Assembly (NCBI RefSeq): GCF_009914755.1
Contig: NC_060935.1
Strand: one strand, 5' to 3'
Length of the DNA stretch: 64,000 nt
From: the human T2T-CHM13v2.0 reference genome, Homo sapiens
The notes below the pieces were generated by a model. It was not told the origin of the DNA, did no database searches, and saw only the letters and a list, made by a program, of their open reading frames with translations. Positions within the stretch are counted from its first letter, which is position 1; each line of letters opens with the position of its first letter. A program made the position numbers and the translations under genes. Positions 26,767-42,639 of the stretch are shown in pieces.

Positions 26767-29322
26767 AAAGAAAAAAGGCCAGATGAACATTTTTCATTTA
26801 GAAGATGAAGTAGCCACTTCCCAAACCCACATAGCTGAGCCAAACTTTTTATTTTAAATTCAAATTGGCTCAATTATCATGGACTTTTCATTTGAGTTAC
26901 ACACAGCATTTTGTCCTCCATGGCCGAACTGTCTGTTTTACTCTTGGTGGTATTCACATTCAGAAAATTGTGCAGACCTGTCACTGATTTGTGCTTCTTC
27001 CACTCCAGATGTGGATGTCAGCACTGCCCATCCCCTTTCCAACAGGGCCATTCCATAGGCTTCCAGGTCTGGCAGCCAAAAGCACTAACTTTTTTTTTTT
27101 TTCACCTTCTGTCAACTGAGCACTCTTACAAGTCCTTGGACACCAATTGCACAGTACTCTACATTTAATCGACATCTTATTCCGAAAAAACTCTTAATCC
27201 CCAGGGTTATCTAAATCCTAAAATCATATTCAAAATAAATGGAATATGAAAAGCTTCATATGTAAAAGTCTTTCTTCATTTCTATTGGAGTTCTGCACAT
27301 CAAAGTTGATTTGAAGTTAGATGAGGCCAGGTTCAAATTCTGGCCCTGCCTATTGCTATTGAACTGCTTGGACAAGTCAGTTCATATTCCAAAGGCTCAA
27401 ACTCCTTATCTGAAAAAAGGGAATGGTCATAATTGTTCTCAGGGTGAGAATTACATGACATAACAGGCAAGTAATGCCTCTGAATCTTACTTTTCTCACC
27501 TGCACAGTGGAGATAATCTCAACTCCTCAAGGTTGTTGTGAGATGGTATATATAAAAGCACCTCACACAAAATAGCAGTTCAACAAATGTCCATGTTCTT
27601 GATTCCTTAGGCCCCACCCATTCCTTACCAACACATTACCCTATGAAACCAGCATCATTTGTCCTTTCCCTCAGCAAAGTGAGTGACTATTTTCAAATGC
27701 AAGAGAGTAGCTATACTTGGGGGTTGTAGAAACTTACAAAAAGACAATGAAATACAGGAGAGAGAGTGCTAAAACTGGAGCCGGAGACTGACACTGGAGT
27801 CCAGTCCTGCCTTTATTATCTGACTGCCTATGGAAAAGTCACTTAACCTTCAGGACCTCGATGTTCCCATCCATAAATGGGGAATAATAACATAATCCTA
27901 TTTGATAGGGCTATTGTGAAAATCAATAAGATAATGGAAATTGAAGTTTTTGTAAACCATGGAGCTGAAATTCATGGCTTAGAAGTTCTATAGCCTGATT
28001 CACAAAATTGATCCTTACAAATAAATATCCATCCAGTCACTGATTTTTTCCAACAGAAAGATATTGACACCCACAATGTGCTCAGCGCTATGCTAGTACT
28101 GGGGATACAGAGATAAGAAGCCATGATTTCTACCCTTTGGGTGGAAAGACAAATATGCAAACAAGCCATTGTAATATAATGTGATACATGTCCAATGGAA
28201 GTAAAAGGACCCTCAAGTCTGCCCACAGGAGTTGGAGAAGGCTGCATAGACATGCAGCATTTGAGCTAAGACTTAAATGATATATCTGACTGTGTAAAGC
28301 AAACACACAATATCTGTGGCAGAGAGAACAGCCTGGGCAGAGGCATGGCTAAATGAAAGCAGTGGTGTTTATGGGAAAATGTAGGCAATAGGGCAACAAA
28401 GAACAGCTTCTGCTTGAAGTAATTCTATACCTGAGACCAAAATAAATCCTTAGAGCTTCCACTGTCCAACTAAATTGTACATATAGACCCAGCCTCAAGG
28501 CCTTGGCTGCTTTTTCCCTTGATCTCCTTTCCTTTGAGGAAGAGCTCTATCTGGAATGAAATTGGTTTCAGTAAAGTTAGTAGCCAGCTCTAGCCAAGCC
28601 CATCAGTCCCTCCTCCTACTCCCTGAGTGAGCACATTCATTTGAGTGGCTTTGACATCAATACATTTCACTTCCTATGGAGCAGAGGGACCCGGCTCCAG
28701 CCTGCAGTAGGGGCTCTCTGCAGAACTCCAAACTAGAGCTCTTTCACCCCAGTGACGCTTAATGCTGTGCAAGTGGGATTAGTCTCCTTGGGAACCAAGT
28801 CCCCCAGGGGCTCAAGGGCTGAACTCGCCCCAAACCGTTTGGGAGAATTGAGATTTCATATTGTTCTTTTACACTTGGATTTCAGGACATTACTTAGACA
28901 AAAGCCCACCTGAGAGCTGCCTCCTTTCTTGTGGGTAAATATAGCAGCAGGATCAAAAGCTGACTTATTTATTTTGTTTTCGTCTTTTGTAACTTTAATC
29001 ATATTCCCTGCAGGACAATCTTAGCCCTCAGAGATGTCAGGAATGTACATTCATAATGAAAGAAATAATTATGCATCTGTTTTTCTCTCCCTTCCCAAAC
29101 CAATTTCCTGTCATTCATTATTTTTTAAATCTCGAATAAAGCAAATTAATTCCTGAATTTTACCACATGACTTATAAAGTATCATTATCATCATCACAAT
29201 AGAGTGTTACCTTACAAATTGTGCACCCTCACAAATGTCTCTTGTTTTCTTTCTTATCGTTTTCCCCTGCAAACCAGATTCTACTAACACTAGATTTTAA
29301 TTTATGTCTTAAAATATTAGAT

Positions 29323-29790
29323 GTTATTCTGGTTATCTATAGTTATATAACAAATTACTCCAAAACTTAGTGGCTTAAATCAACAACCATTTTATTACAT
29401 CTCACAATAATATGGGTAAGAAATTTGAGGAAGAGCTGGCTAGGTGATCCTCCTGGTTCATGTGACGTTGACAATGGCTGGCCTGGAGGATTCAACATGG
29501 CATCATTCACATGACTGCACCTGCACCTACACATACTGGCCTCTCCAGTATGTTGGTCTAAGAGTACTCAGACTTCTTATGTGGAGCTTCAGGAATACTG
29601 GAGGCAGCGCTGCAAGAGGCCCATGTGGCACCTGCCAGGCTTCTTATGACCTAGCCCAAGAATTCCCAGAATGTCACTTTCACAACTTCCTATCGGTCAG
29701 GCAAGTCATTAAGGCCAGCTCAGATTCAAAGGAAGGGAAATTAGAATTTACCCCTTAATGGAAGAAAAGACAAAGAATTTGTTTGGTATG
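29323..29790 (-). mobile_element. MLT1 (G/H-like) LTR
   Basis: 'taacaaattactccaaaacttagtggcttaaa...aaggccagctcagattcaa'. Confidence 0.75.
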
Positions 29791-30219
29791 TCTCTTAAAT
29801 CTCTTTTAATATATAACCACATACACTTACTGTTTTGTTTTCTTTGTGATTTGTTTGTTGAAGAAACTGCATCTTTATCTTGTCAACTTTCCCACATTCT
29901 GTACTTGGTTGGTTGCATCTGTCTCTACGATGCCACCTAACATGTTTCTATGGTCCATGTGTTTCCTGTAAATGAGAAATAGTTGTAGAGGCTTGATCAG
30001 ATTCATATTCTTTTTTATGCTGTTTTATATATGTGCTACAATATGTGCAATAGTTTTGGAATAACAATGCCAATATTCTTACAAACAACACAACTACTAC
30101 AAACAGTTTAATTCCTTTTTCTTTGTCATTCACATTTTTTGTCTTCAAAACCTATCCCAATAGGGATGAACAGTCCAGTTACTATGTTTCAAATTCACTT
30201 TAAAAACCTGTCTCTGGTT

Positions 30220-30539
<320 letters not shown>

Positions 30540-31929
30540 TCAATGCACAATCAGATTCACTTGTTTTACTTTGCTTTGTATGAAAATAGCTTTATAAATC
30601 TTTAATTTTGTTTTATAATTTTTCTACAGTTTACATGGTTTCAAAGTCAAAACTGTGTCACAAGATATATTCAGGAAGGGCTAACCTCTATCATAGTTAC
30701 CTCCACAATTTTCTCCTCACCTCCTAGAGTTAATCATTGTTGTTTTGTTTTGTTTGGGTTCAGGCCTATAATTCATTAACTCAGTCATATTTTCATTATA
30801 CAAACTTTCCTCTAACTTGTTCTTTTCACTTAACGATATATCTTCCTTCCTTTTTTTTTTTTTACAGTGTGTAGTATTCCATTGAATGGATCTACTATAG
30901 TTTATTCAACTAGTCCTGTTTTGATTAACTTACTTGGAGGTTTTACAGACCTTTTATATTATAGATAGTGCTACAATGAATAATTTCAATGTAAAATCAA
31001 GATTTACTAACTCCTAGTCTGTTGCTCCTTTTATACTATTGGTGTAGTTCTGAAAATAAGGCATATACTAATTTATATTTTATTTGTCCTTTCATTTACT
31101 TAATAAACATTTATTAAGTACAGATTATGTGTCAGGAAGTGGTAATAATTTTGGGGGAACACAGAGATGCATAAAGTCAGTTCCTATCCTCAAGAAATTC
31201 ATAATCTTACAGACAATGCAGACTCATCTTCAATAGAATGCAAAGCCTTAAAAAATAAGGTGTGAATGAATCATTGTGGGTTCAACAGAAAGAGAAATTC
31301 ACTCAGATCAAGGAAATTGGGAAGGAGACATGGATAATGTGACATTTGAATTCAACTCTCAGGAAGAGAAGAATTTCCCAAAGTATATAACATAAATAAG
31401 ACATATAGGCCACATGGAGGCTTAGAAATGATATATGTCCTTAGGATTTTTAAAAATTTCTTACAAAGAGAATCATTTCATATATTACTTATTTATATCT
31501 ATCACATGTTTAGTCAAAAATGTTAATTTTTCAAAGAATATGGATGGCATTTTCAGTAATTAATAAGTACTTCTGTGTTTGTGTTTGTGTTTATGTTTAT
31601 AGGAAAATAGTGGGAGACAATGCTAACTGGGCTAGAACTATTAAAGATACTGAATGCCAAGCCACAAATGTATAATCAACATTAAACTCTAAAGTATGTC
31701 TCTGCCTTTCTGTATCTCTTGAGAGATATTGGGTTTGGTTTATGCCAAAGGAAAATAAGATCTGGAGAGAAAATATCTGGGTTTAAGTTTCAGATCTACT
31801 GTTTAAAGTGAATCTTATTTATTTATTTATTTTATTCTGCTTTATTTCAGAAGGAATTTTAGGCCACTTATAAGGGTACATAAAATGCAATAAGATAACA
31901 CAAATTAAAAGCAGGATGACAACCTAATG

Positions 31930-32785
31930 CTCAAATATTGTTTCCTAATACCATTCTCCAATAAAAAAGAGCTAGAGCTCCTAGGATAACTGGTTGATTC
32001 TGGACTGGGGCAGGGAATATACAAGATGATCCTGAAACATCTAATAGTTCAAGGAAGCAAGGAAGTGCTCAAATCAGAAAACAATGAGGGTATGTCAAAG
32101 TGATACAGGAGCCAACTAAAAGAACTCCTTAATGACCGAAACTAGGACAATTTGAGCCACAGAATAAATAATGGGCTACAGAATTATAAGCCAAAGATAA
32201 AATAAATAAATGTGTCCATACTAATACAGACAAATGATGGAATAAATACATGAGAGAAAATAGAACATCTCCCATGCAAAAAAATTTCAAGTAACTTAGA
32301 TACTCTGCTCTTAAGAGGGTGAATCATACCTCCCCACTCCTTAAATGTGATCTGTGCATGATGACTTCCTTCCAAAGAGTACATTATAAAATGAGAGAAA
32401 AGAATGACTTTGCAGTAGAGAAATCTGAGAAGCACCATTCAGCCAGGTGATCAAGATTAATAGCAATAGCGATGTTATGTTGATAATATCCTTAATAGTA
32501 TATGATGAAAGTGAAATTTTATTTCTCTGGCCTTTCCGAAAACCTATTACTCCCATCTAATCATAAGAACATCAGACAAATTCCAATGGAGAGGCATTCT
32601 ACAAAATACCTGACCAATCCTCCTCAACACTACTAAGGTCATCAAAAACATGGAAAGTCTGAGAAACTCTCACAGCCAAGAGGAGCCTAAGACATGATGA
32701 CTAAATGTAATGTGGTATCCTGAACGGGATCCTGGAGCAGAAAAAGGATGTTAGGTGAGACTAAGAAAATCCGAATGAAGTATTA
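31930..32785 (+). mobile_element. L1MC/MD-type 3' region
   Basis: 'gacatgatgactaaatgtaatgtggtatcctgaacgggatcctggagcagaaaaagga'. Confidence 0.7.
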
Positions 32786-32789
32786 AGTT

Positions 32790-33830
32790 GGTGCAAAAGA
32801 GATGTTCAACATTAACCTTGTAGGAATTCCAGAAAAAAAGAACAAAGTGGAGGCGAAAAACATTGTCAAAAAAATAAAGCACGGAAATTTTGTAGAACTG
32901 AAGAAAATGCATTTCCAAATTAAAAGAACCCACTGAATGCCTAGCAAACTTAATGAAAAAAAGACACCAAAGCACATTATTATAAATGTTTAGAACATCA
33001 AGGAATGAGGATAAGACCTGAAAGATTCCAGAGAGAAATAAACATCATGTACAAAAAATAAAAACAAACTAGAAAAGAATCAGAATAATACCATACCTCT
33101 CATTAACAGCACTGGAACTTGGAAAACAATGAGGCAATCCCCTTAAAAATCTGAGAGAAAATTATTTCTTACTTAGAATTCTGTAGTAAACCCAATGCTC
33201 AATCAAACATGAGGATAGAATAACATTTTTGTTTGCTTGTTTATTGTTTGTTTGTTTTGAGACAGGGTCGCACTTTGTCATCCAGGCTAGAGTGCAGTGG
33301 TTGCAAACGCAATTCAGAGACTCTACTTCCTGGGCTTAATGGATCCTCCTACCTTAGCACCCCCAAGTAGCTGGGACTACAGGTGCATGCCACAATGTCT
33401 GGCTAATTTTTGTGATTTTTGTAAAGACGGGGTTTTGCTATGTTGCAGAAGCTGGTCTCGAACTCCTGAGCTCAAGTCATCCATCTGGCTCGGCCTCCCA
33501 AAGTGCTGGGATTATAGGCATAAGCCATCGCACCTGGCCCAGAATAACATTTTAAGACATGCAATATATTATGAAATTTCCTCTCAGGAAACTTTTCTCA
33601 GGGAGCCATTGAATAACGTGCTCCATGAAGAAAATAGAAGAAAAGGGTATCCAGGAAACAGGAGATCTATTGTGGAAAAGAAGCAAAGAGAATTCCCCAG
33701 ACAATGATAAAGAGAAACATCAGGACAATAGCCATATGGCAAGTCTAGTGACAATCACTCCAAATTGGAACAGGAGAATGTAGTGCTTGAGGAAGGGTGA
33801 CTCCAAGAAAAATAAATGGAAGTGACATAT
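32790..33830 (+). mobile_element. HAL1 / old L1 ORF1-like remnant
   Basis: 'taggaattccagaa...tttccaaattaaaagaacccactga...acttagaattctgta' ORF1-like decayed sequence. Confidence 0.55.
33230..33540 (-). mobile_element. AluJ
   Basis: Antisense Alu with J diagnostics; 13-bp TSD agaataacatttt at 33217-33229 and 33541-33553. Confidence 0.92.
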
Positions 33831-35156
33831 TTCCTTATGTATTTGATCATAATGATAGGAAGTGGTATATACTCTTGTTGCTTACCCACAACTATCCCAT
33901 TTTTATTCTTACACAACAGAGTCCATCTCCTTCAGTGGAGGCTAAAAATGTTGGGCAATTGTACTTTCCTTTTAGCAAGACCATGGACATGAGATCCAAT
34001 CTTGATCAATGGGACATTAAGTCTATCTTAGAATTTTAGGAAAGTCTCTCCTTACCTATATATAAGAAAAAAGAAATAAAGGGAGAGAAAAGGAAGAGGG
34101 ACGAAGAAGTGTTCCTCTTCCTGCCTTTGGTGTATGGAAGTGATACTTGGAGCTATAATAGTCATCTTATGATCATGAGAGGTTAAGCCTGGAAACAAAA
34201 AATCAACATGCTGTGGCTGGCAAAACAGAAATGTGAAAAGCACCTGTATTCATAATGACATTGTAATTGTCACTGAAGTAACCAACCACAAAAAGCCCTA
34301 GCTACAGACTTCTTTATCAGTGAGGAAATCTTCTTTAAAAGCTATTTTGTTTAGGTTGGACCTGATGCTACCTGCAATGAAAAGCATTCTAAATTCCATA
34401 AGAAGATGCTATCCTTCTATTAAATTGTTTAGGGAAGAATTAATGAAATGTATATGGAAAACTAAGTACCCCCCAAAGAAAATTATTTATTTCAGGCAAA
34501 ACAAAAAACTGTACAAAAAAATTCAGTAAAATATAGATGAACTGTGGAAAGCGTGTACAGAATAATAAAATAATCATTAAATCAACATCAATTTGATGAC
34601 TGTTGAGTGTATAATCAACAAGATGCCTTGTTTGATCCAAATATCCAGAACTGTCTAACAGAACCACAAAACATTTGCTCTCATTTCCAATAACCTATAA
34701 TTGAGAGTTAGGACTTCTAAGTTAATATAAATAGAGAGTGCAGAGAATAAGAAAAATTGCTCAGTTATGGAGTCTGCTTCTGAAGCATTCTGTTTTGATA
34801 TGGATACACACATGGCAAGAGACTGCATATGATTTCATTACTCTGAGTGAGATAAAATTTTTAATTACTTTTTTAAAGCTGTTTTTTCTTGCTAAATTCT
34901 GATTCTTTTTTTTTTATTTTATTTCACTTTCCTAAAACTAGAGGTCTATATTAATGGATATGGGATTTCTTTTAGGGTTGATAAAAAATGTTCCAGAATT
35001 AGTGGTAATGGTTGTACAACTTCATGAATATAATTTAAAAAAAAAACACTGAATTGCACACTTGAAAAACAGTGAATTTTATGGCATGTGAATTACATCT
35101 TTTTTAAAAAATGGTGGTCCATATGTATGCTGAGTTTCCACTAAGAGGTTCCCATA

Positions 35157-35368
<212 letters not shown>

Positions 35369-36718
35369 GACTCCCACATGTAAAACTTTGACAAAGATGA
35401 TCAGGGATGGACACTAGATCTCTAATGAGGTGGAAGTCAGGCAACCATTTGCACTTTTTCTTCCAGGCAATTTCATGGGCTGTGAAGAGTCCCTGGTTCA
35501 TGTGGGCTGTTAAAGCTGTCCTACATAATGCTGAACAACCAATTCATTAACTCAACCAATGAAATTATCAATTTGCCATCTTAAAATCCTCTATTCACAG
35601 AGTGCAGCACTGTTCTGTTATTGCAATGGCCAAGAGAAGTTAGGCATTATCCCATTTTCAAGACCACAAAGTCCAGTCTGTAACTGAAAAAGTACAAGGG
35701 ATTGTGGCAACACAGACAATAGAGGAGAATCTGGCTAAAAGATGAGAGAAAACTTCACACAGGCTTGAAGGCTGGAGAGGAAACTGCCATGGGGGAAAAA
35801 GGGGAAAGGGCATTTCAGGTGAAAATACAGCCAGGTCACAGAAGACACAGGGGTAGGAGACAGAATGCATTAGCAGAAGAGTGAGATGCTCCCCTAGAAT
35901 ATGGTTTGCATGGATGGAAGTGGCAGGAGAGGTGGCCAGGGTCAGATGAGAAAGGGCTTGAATGCCATACTAAAACTTTTTGGCATTCAGTATTACCGTG
36001 ATACCAAAACCAGACAAAGACACATCAAAAAAAGAAAACTACAGGCCAATACTTCTGATAAATATTGATGAAAAATCCTCAATAAAATACTAACAAACTG
36101 AATTCAACAATACATTAAAAAGATCATTCATCATGACCAAGTGGGATTTATCCCTGGGATGCAAGGATGGTTCAACATATGCAAATCAATCATATTGATT
36201 GATACAGCATATCAATAGAATGAAGGGTAAAAACCATATGATCATTTCAATTCATGCTGAAAAAGCATTTGATAAAATTCAGCATCTCTTCATAATAAAA
36301 ACCCTAAAACAACTGAGTATAGAAGGAACATACCTCAACATAATAAAAGCCATATATGACACACTCACAGCTAGTATCATACTGAATATGAAAATCTTTC
36401 CTCTAAGATCTGTAACATTACAAGGATGTCCACTTTCACCACTTTTATTCAACACAGTACTGGAAGTCCTGGCTACAGCAATCAGACAAGGGAGAGAAAT
36501 AAAGGACATCCAAATAGGAAAGGAAGAGGTCAAATTATCCATGTTGCAGACTATATGATCTTCTATTTGGAAAAACCTGAAGACTCCACCGAAAAACTAT
36601 TAGAACTCATAAACGAATTCAGTAAAGTTGCAGGATACAAAATTAACATACAAAAATCTGTAGCATTTCCATATGCCAACAGTGAAAAATGTGAAAAACA
36701 AATTTAAAAATGTAATCC

Positions 36719-37210
36719 TTATAAGACATGGAATCAACCTAAATGCCCACCAATGATAGACTGGATAAAGAACATGTGGTACATATACACCATGGAGTAC
36801 TATGCAGCAGTAAAAAAAAAAAAAAGAGAAAGACCATGTCCTTTGCAGGGACATGGAAGGAGCTGGAGCCATTATCCTTGGCAAACTAACACAGGAACAG
36901 AAAACCAAATACAGCATGTCCTCACTTATAAGTGGGAGCTGAATGATGAGAACACACAGACACATAGAGGGGAACAACACAACTGGGGCCTGTTGGAGGG
37001 TAGAAGTGGGGAGGAGGGAGAGAATCAGGAAAATAACTAATGGGTACTAGGCTTAACACATGGGTGATGACATAATCTGTACAACAAACCCCTATGACAC
37101 AAGTTTACCTATGTAACAAACCAGCACATCCTGCACATGTACCCCTGAACTTAAAATGAAAGTTAAAAAAATTATAAACACTTGCAAAACACACACACAC
37201 ACACACACAC
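36719..37210 (+). mobile_element. Nested older L1PA 3' end with A/(CA)n tail
   Basis: L1PA 3'UTR interrupts host ORF2; TSD-like aaaa(t)gtaatcc either side. Confidence 0.85.
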
Positions 37211-37843
37211 AAAAGTAATCCCGCTTACTGTAGCCACAAATAAAATTGAATACCTAGGAATTAACCAAAGCATTGAAAGATAACTATAATAAAAACTATA
37301 AAACACTAATGAAAGTAATTGAAGAGGACATCACAAAATGCAAAGATATTCCCTGTTCACGGATTGAAAGAATCAATAGTGTTAAAATGTCCATACTACC
37401 CAAAACAATCTACAGATTCAATGCAATCCCTATCAAAATAATAATTACACTCTTCACAGAAATAGAAAAAAATTATCCTAAAATTCATATGAAGTCACAG
37501 AAGAGTGATTCCAAAGCTATCCTAAGCAAAAAGAACAAATCTGGAGAAATCACAATACCTGACTCCACATGATACTACAGAGCTATGGTAATCAAAAGCA
37601 CATGGCACTGGTATAAAAACAGACACACAGACCAATGGAACAGAATAGAGAACTCAGAAACAAATCCACACATCTACAGTGAACTCATTTTTGACAAACA
37701 TTCCAAGAATATACAATGTTGAAGAGACAGTCTTTTCAATAAGTTGTGCTGGGAAAACTGGATATCCACATACAGAAGAATGAAACTAGACCCCTATCTC
37801 TTGCCACATATAAAAATCAAATTAAAATGGATTAAGGACTTAA

Positions 37844-38213
<370 letters not shown>

Positions 38214-39433
38214 TGAAACATTGGGGGAAATCTCCAGGACATTGGTCTGGGCAAAAATTTCTTGAGTAATAACCCACAAGCACATGCAATCACAGCAAAA
38301 CTAGACAAACGGGTTCACATTAAGTTAAAAAACTTCTGCACAACAAAGAAAACAATTTACAAAGTGAAGAGACAACCCACAGAATGGGAGAAAACATTTG
38401 CAAACTGCCCATCAGACAAGGGACTTATAACCAAAATATATAAGGCGCTCCAACAACTCTATAGAAAAAAATGTAATAATCTGATCAAAAAATGGGCAAA
38501 ATATTTGAATAGACATTTCTCAAAAGAAGACATACAAATGGCAAACTGGCATCTGAAAAGGTGCTCAACATCATTGACCATCAGATAAATGCATATCAAA
38601 ACTACAGTAAGATATCATTTTACCCTAGTTAAAATGGCTTTTATCCAAAAGACAGGCAATAACAAATGCTGGTGAGAATAAGAAGAAAAGGGAACCCTTG
38701 TACACTGTTGGTGGGAGTGTAAATTAGCACAACTACTATGGACAACAGTTTGGAGGTTCCTCAAAAAACTGAAAATTGAGCTACAATACGATCCAGCAAT
38801 CCCATTGCTGAGTATATGCCCAAAAGAAAGGAAGTCAGTATATCGAAGTGATATCGGCACTCCTATGTTTGTTGCAGCACTGTTCACAATAGCTAATATT
38901 CGGAAACAACTTGAGTGTCCATCAACTGATGAATGGATAAACAAAATATGGTACATATACACAATGGAGTCCTATTCAGCCATAAAAAAGAATGAGATCC
39001 TGTCATTTGCAACAACATGGATGGAAGTGGAGATTATGATGTTAACTAAAATAAGTCAGGCCCAGAAAGACAAACATCACATGTTCTCACTTATTTGTGG
39101 GACCTAAAAATCACAGCAATTGAACTCAGGGAGATGGAATGAAAGGATGGTTACCAGAGGCTGGGAAGGGTAGTGGTGGGGTGGGGGAAATGTTTAATGG
39201 GCACAAAAAAAATAGCCAGAAAGAATGGTAAGACCTACTATTTGACAGCACAACAGGGTGACTATAGTCAGTAATAATTTAATTGTACATTTTAAAATAA
39301 CAAAAAGAGTGTAATTGGATTGTTTTTAACACAAAGGATAAATGCTTGAGGGGATGGATACCCCATTCTCCATGATGTGATTATTACTCACTGCATGCCT
39401 GTATCAAAACATCTCATGTACTCCATAAATATA

Positions 39434-39932
39434 TGCTGAGACCAGCTCGGTCGAGGAGACTCTAACCCAGTAGCGCTAGAGGAATTAAAGACACACACAC
39501 ACACAGAAATATAGAGATGTGGAGTGGCAAATCAGGGGTCTCAGCCTTCAGAGCCGAGAGTCTCGAACAGAGATTTACTCAAGTATTTATTAACAGCAAG
39601 TCAGTGATAAGCATTGTTTCTATAGATTATAGATTAACTAAAAGTATTCCTTATGGGAAACAAAGGGATCTGCCGAAATAAAGAGATGGTTATCTGCAGC
39701 AGGAGCGTGTCCTTAAGGCACAGATCGCTCATGCTATTTTTTGTGGTTTAAGAACGCCTTTAAGCAGTTTTCCGCCCTGGGTGGGCCAGGTGTTCCTTGC
39801 CCTCATTCCGGTAAACCCACAACGTTCCAGCGTGAGCATCATGGCCATCATGTCACAGTGCTGCAGAGATTTTGTTCATGGCCAGTTTTGGGGCCAGTTT
39901 ATGGCCAGATTTTGGGGGGCCTATTCCCAACA
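39434..39932 (-). mobile_element. MER9 solo LTR (HERV-K9/HML-3)
   Basis: Reverse complement starts TGTTGGGAATAGGCCCCCCAAAATCTGGCCATAAACTGGCCCC; TG...CA termini; 6-bp TSD aatata at 39428-39433 and 39933-39938. Confidence 0.9.
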
Positions 39933-40045
39933 AATATACACATCAACTATGTACCCACAACAAAATTAAAAATTAAAAAATAAATTTGGCATTATTATAT
40001 AAACAATGGGGGAATGATGAAGGATTTTAAGCACATGGTCATTTC

Positions 40046-40770
<725 letters not shown>

Positions 40771-42639
40771 AAGAAATCTCAGTTGGGGTCTGTACAGAGG
40801 GTGGATTGACAAGACAGTAAGGCCGAAGATTAACCTGTTTTTCAGTTGTTTTTTTCCCCCTCTTCTGTTAGAATATATTCAGTGCCTGCCCCATTACGTG
40901 ACCAGTCTGCTGCAGGCCCAAGCACATAAGACCAAGACAGAGCTGAGGGATTCTATTTCCAAATAATGATTATGCCCCCTCCTTTTCCTGAAATGAGGAA
41001 AATTACAGAAGTCTGTCTACATGGAATCTCTTTTTCCAGACTTCATTAAAATACCTGATAGCTGACCCCTCTAAGAAACACTAGACTCAAGTTGAATGAA
41101 TATGTGAATCATCAGTCCATACAGCATAAGGCTTGCACAGAGGTTTGCACCAAAATGTGACAAGTATGGACACCAGAAAAACCCAGGGCCTTAGTGAAGC
41201 TGGGTAACTTGAGCAGCCCAATATCCGGTGCACCAGACAGAAATGCTTAAAGACCTAGATCCTATTATATGAGGTTGAATTCATTCAATTAAACAGCTTA
41301 AGCAGCTCGGATCAGCCGCTGGAACACTACTCTGCGGAGTGCTAAAACAATGGCCTGAGGGGCAGCTGAAGTTTACTTTCTCTTCTGTGAGGCCAGCTGG
41401 AGTTGCCTAGCACATCGCCAAGCTAGGGAGGGCCAACACCGCATAATTGCATTAAACCTGCCTGTTCTTTCCGGAAAGTACTTCCTGACCGCATCAAGGG
41501 AGGAAATCAGTCAAAGGAGTGCTTTCAAGTCTTAGGATACCACACCTATGTTTCAATCCCCCTACTCCAGTTCCTCAAAACCGCTATTATGCAAAGAGAA
41601 TCTGAAATTAGACTCCCCTGCCTATGGCTAATTTTACTATATTACACTTGATCTTTCCTCAGTGTTATTAAATTGACTTTTGTTGGGTGCAGCATTTGAG
41701 ACAGCAGAAAATATGTTCGATTATATTTCTATAAGACTGAATCGGGGAGTCATTGGTTCCACTGCACTTTCTGAAGATCCTATCCTGCTTTTAAAGCCCA
41801 CATTGAATATTAACCTCTTTCAAAAAGCCCTCCCAAGTCCTCATTATCACCAGTTCAGGCTGTCACATCTCTCTTCCTCAAGTTCCTTGATATTTTACCT
41901 TTATTTCTTTTATAGCACTTCTTCATTCATCCATTTATTCACTTAAGCACTTATTGAGATCCCACCTTAAATTTGAAGCAGTGCTGAGCACTTGCATACA
42001 TTATTTATTTAATCCTTACAATAATCCTTTCAAGTAGGAAATATCATCCCCATTTTACTGAAGAATCCTAAACTGTCAAGAGTTTAGGTAGCTTGCCAAA
42101 GGTCAAATGGCTTTAGCTGAAAAACCAAATCCCCTATTGCCAGGCCCAGTGTGCCTTGTATCAGCTATTTGTGTACTTGTCTATCTTCGTCACTTACTAA
42201 ATATCTGTTGGGGGCTTACTATGTGCTAGGCACCATTCGAAGCAACAAGGATACACACATGATTGACTCCTGGTCCTAAGAAGATAGATATATTTCCAAT
42301 GGTCTATTCATCATGTTATTTATTTATTCATTCAGCAGACATTTACTGAACACCTACTATATCCCAGTTACACTGTTTACTAAACATGGAGAATAGGCAT
42401 ACACATATTTTCTGCCCTCAAGATAGTGTTTTACAGAGGCACAAGCAAATTGTCACTGGAGCACACAAAAAGGAATAATTCATTGTGTATGAGAAATGTC
42501 AAGAAAGCTCCATAAGAAGATGCCATTACACTGGGCCTAAAAAGATAAGGAGAGTTTTTATAGACAGAAAAAAGAAAAAGGGCATCCTAAAAAGCATCCT
42601 CATGGACCAAAATATGGAGATTTAAAATTGCAGGGTAGC

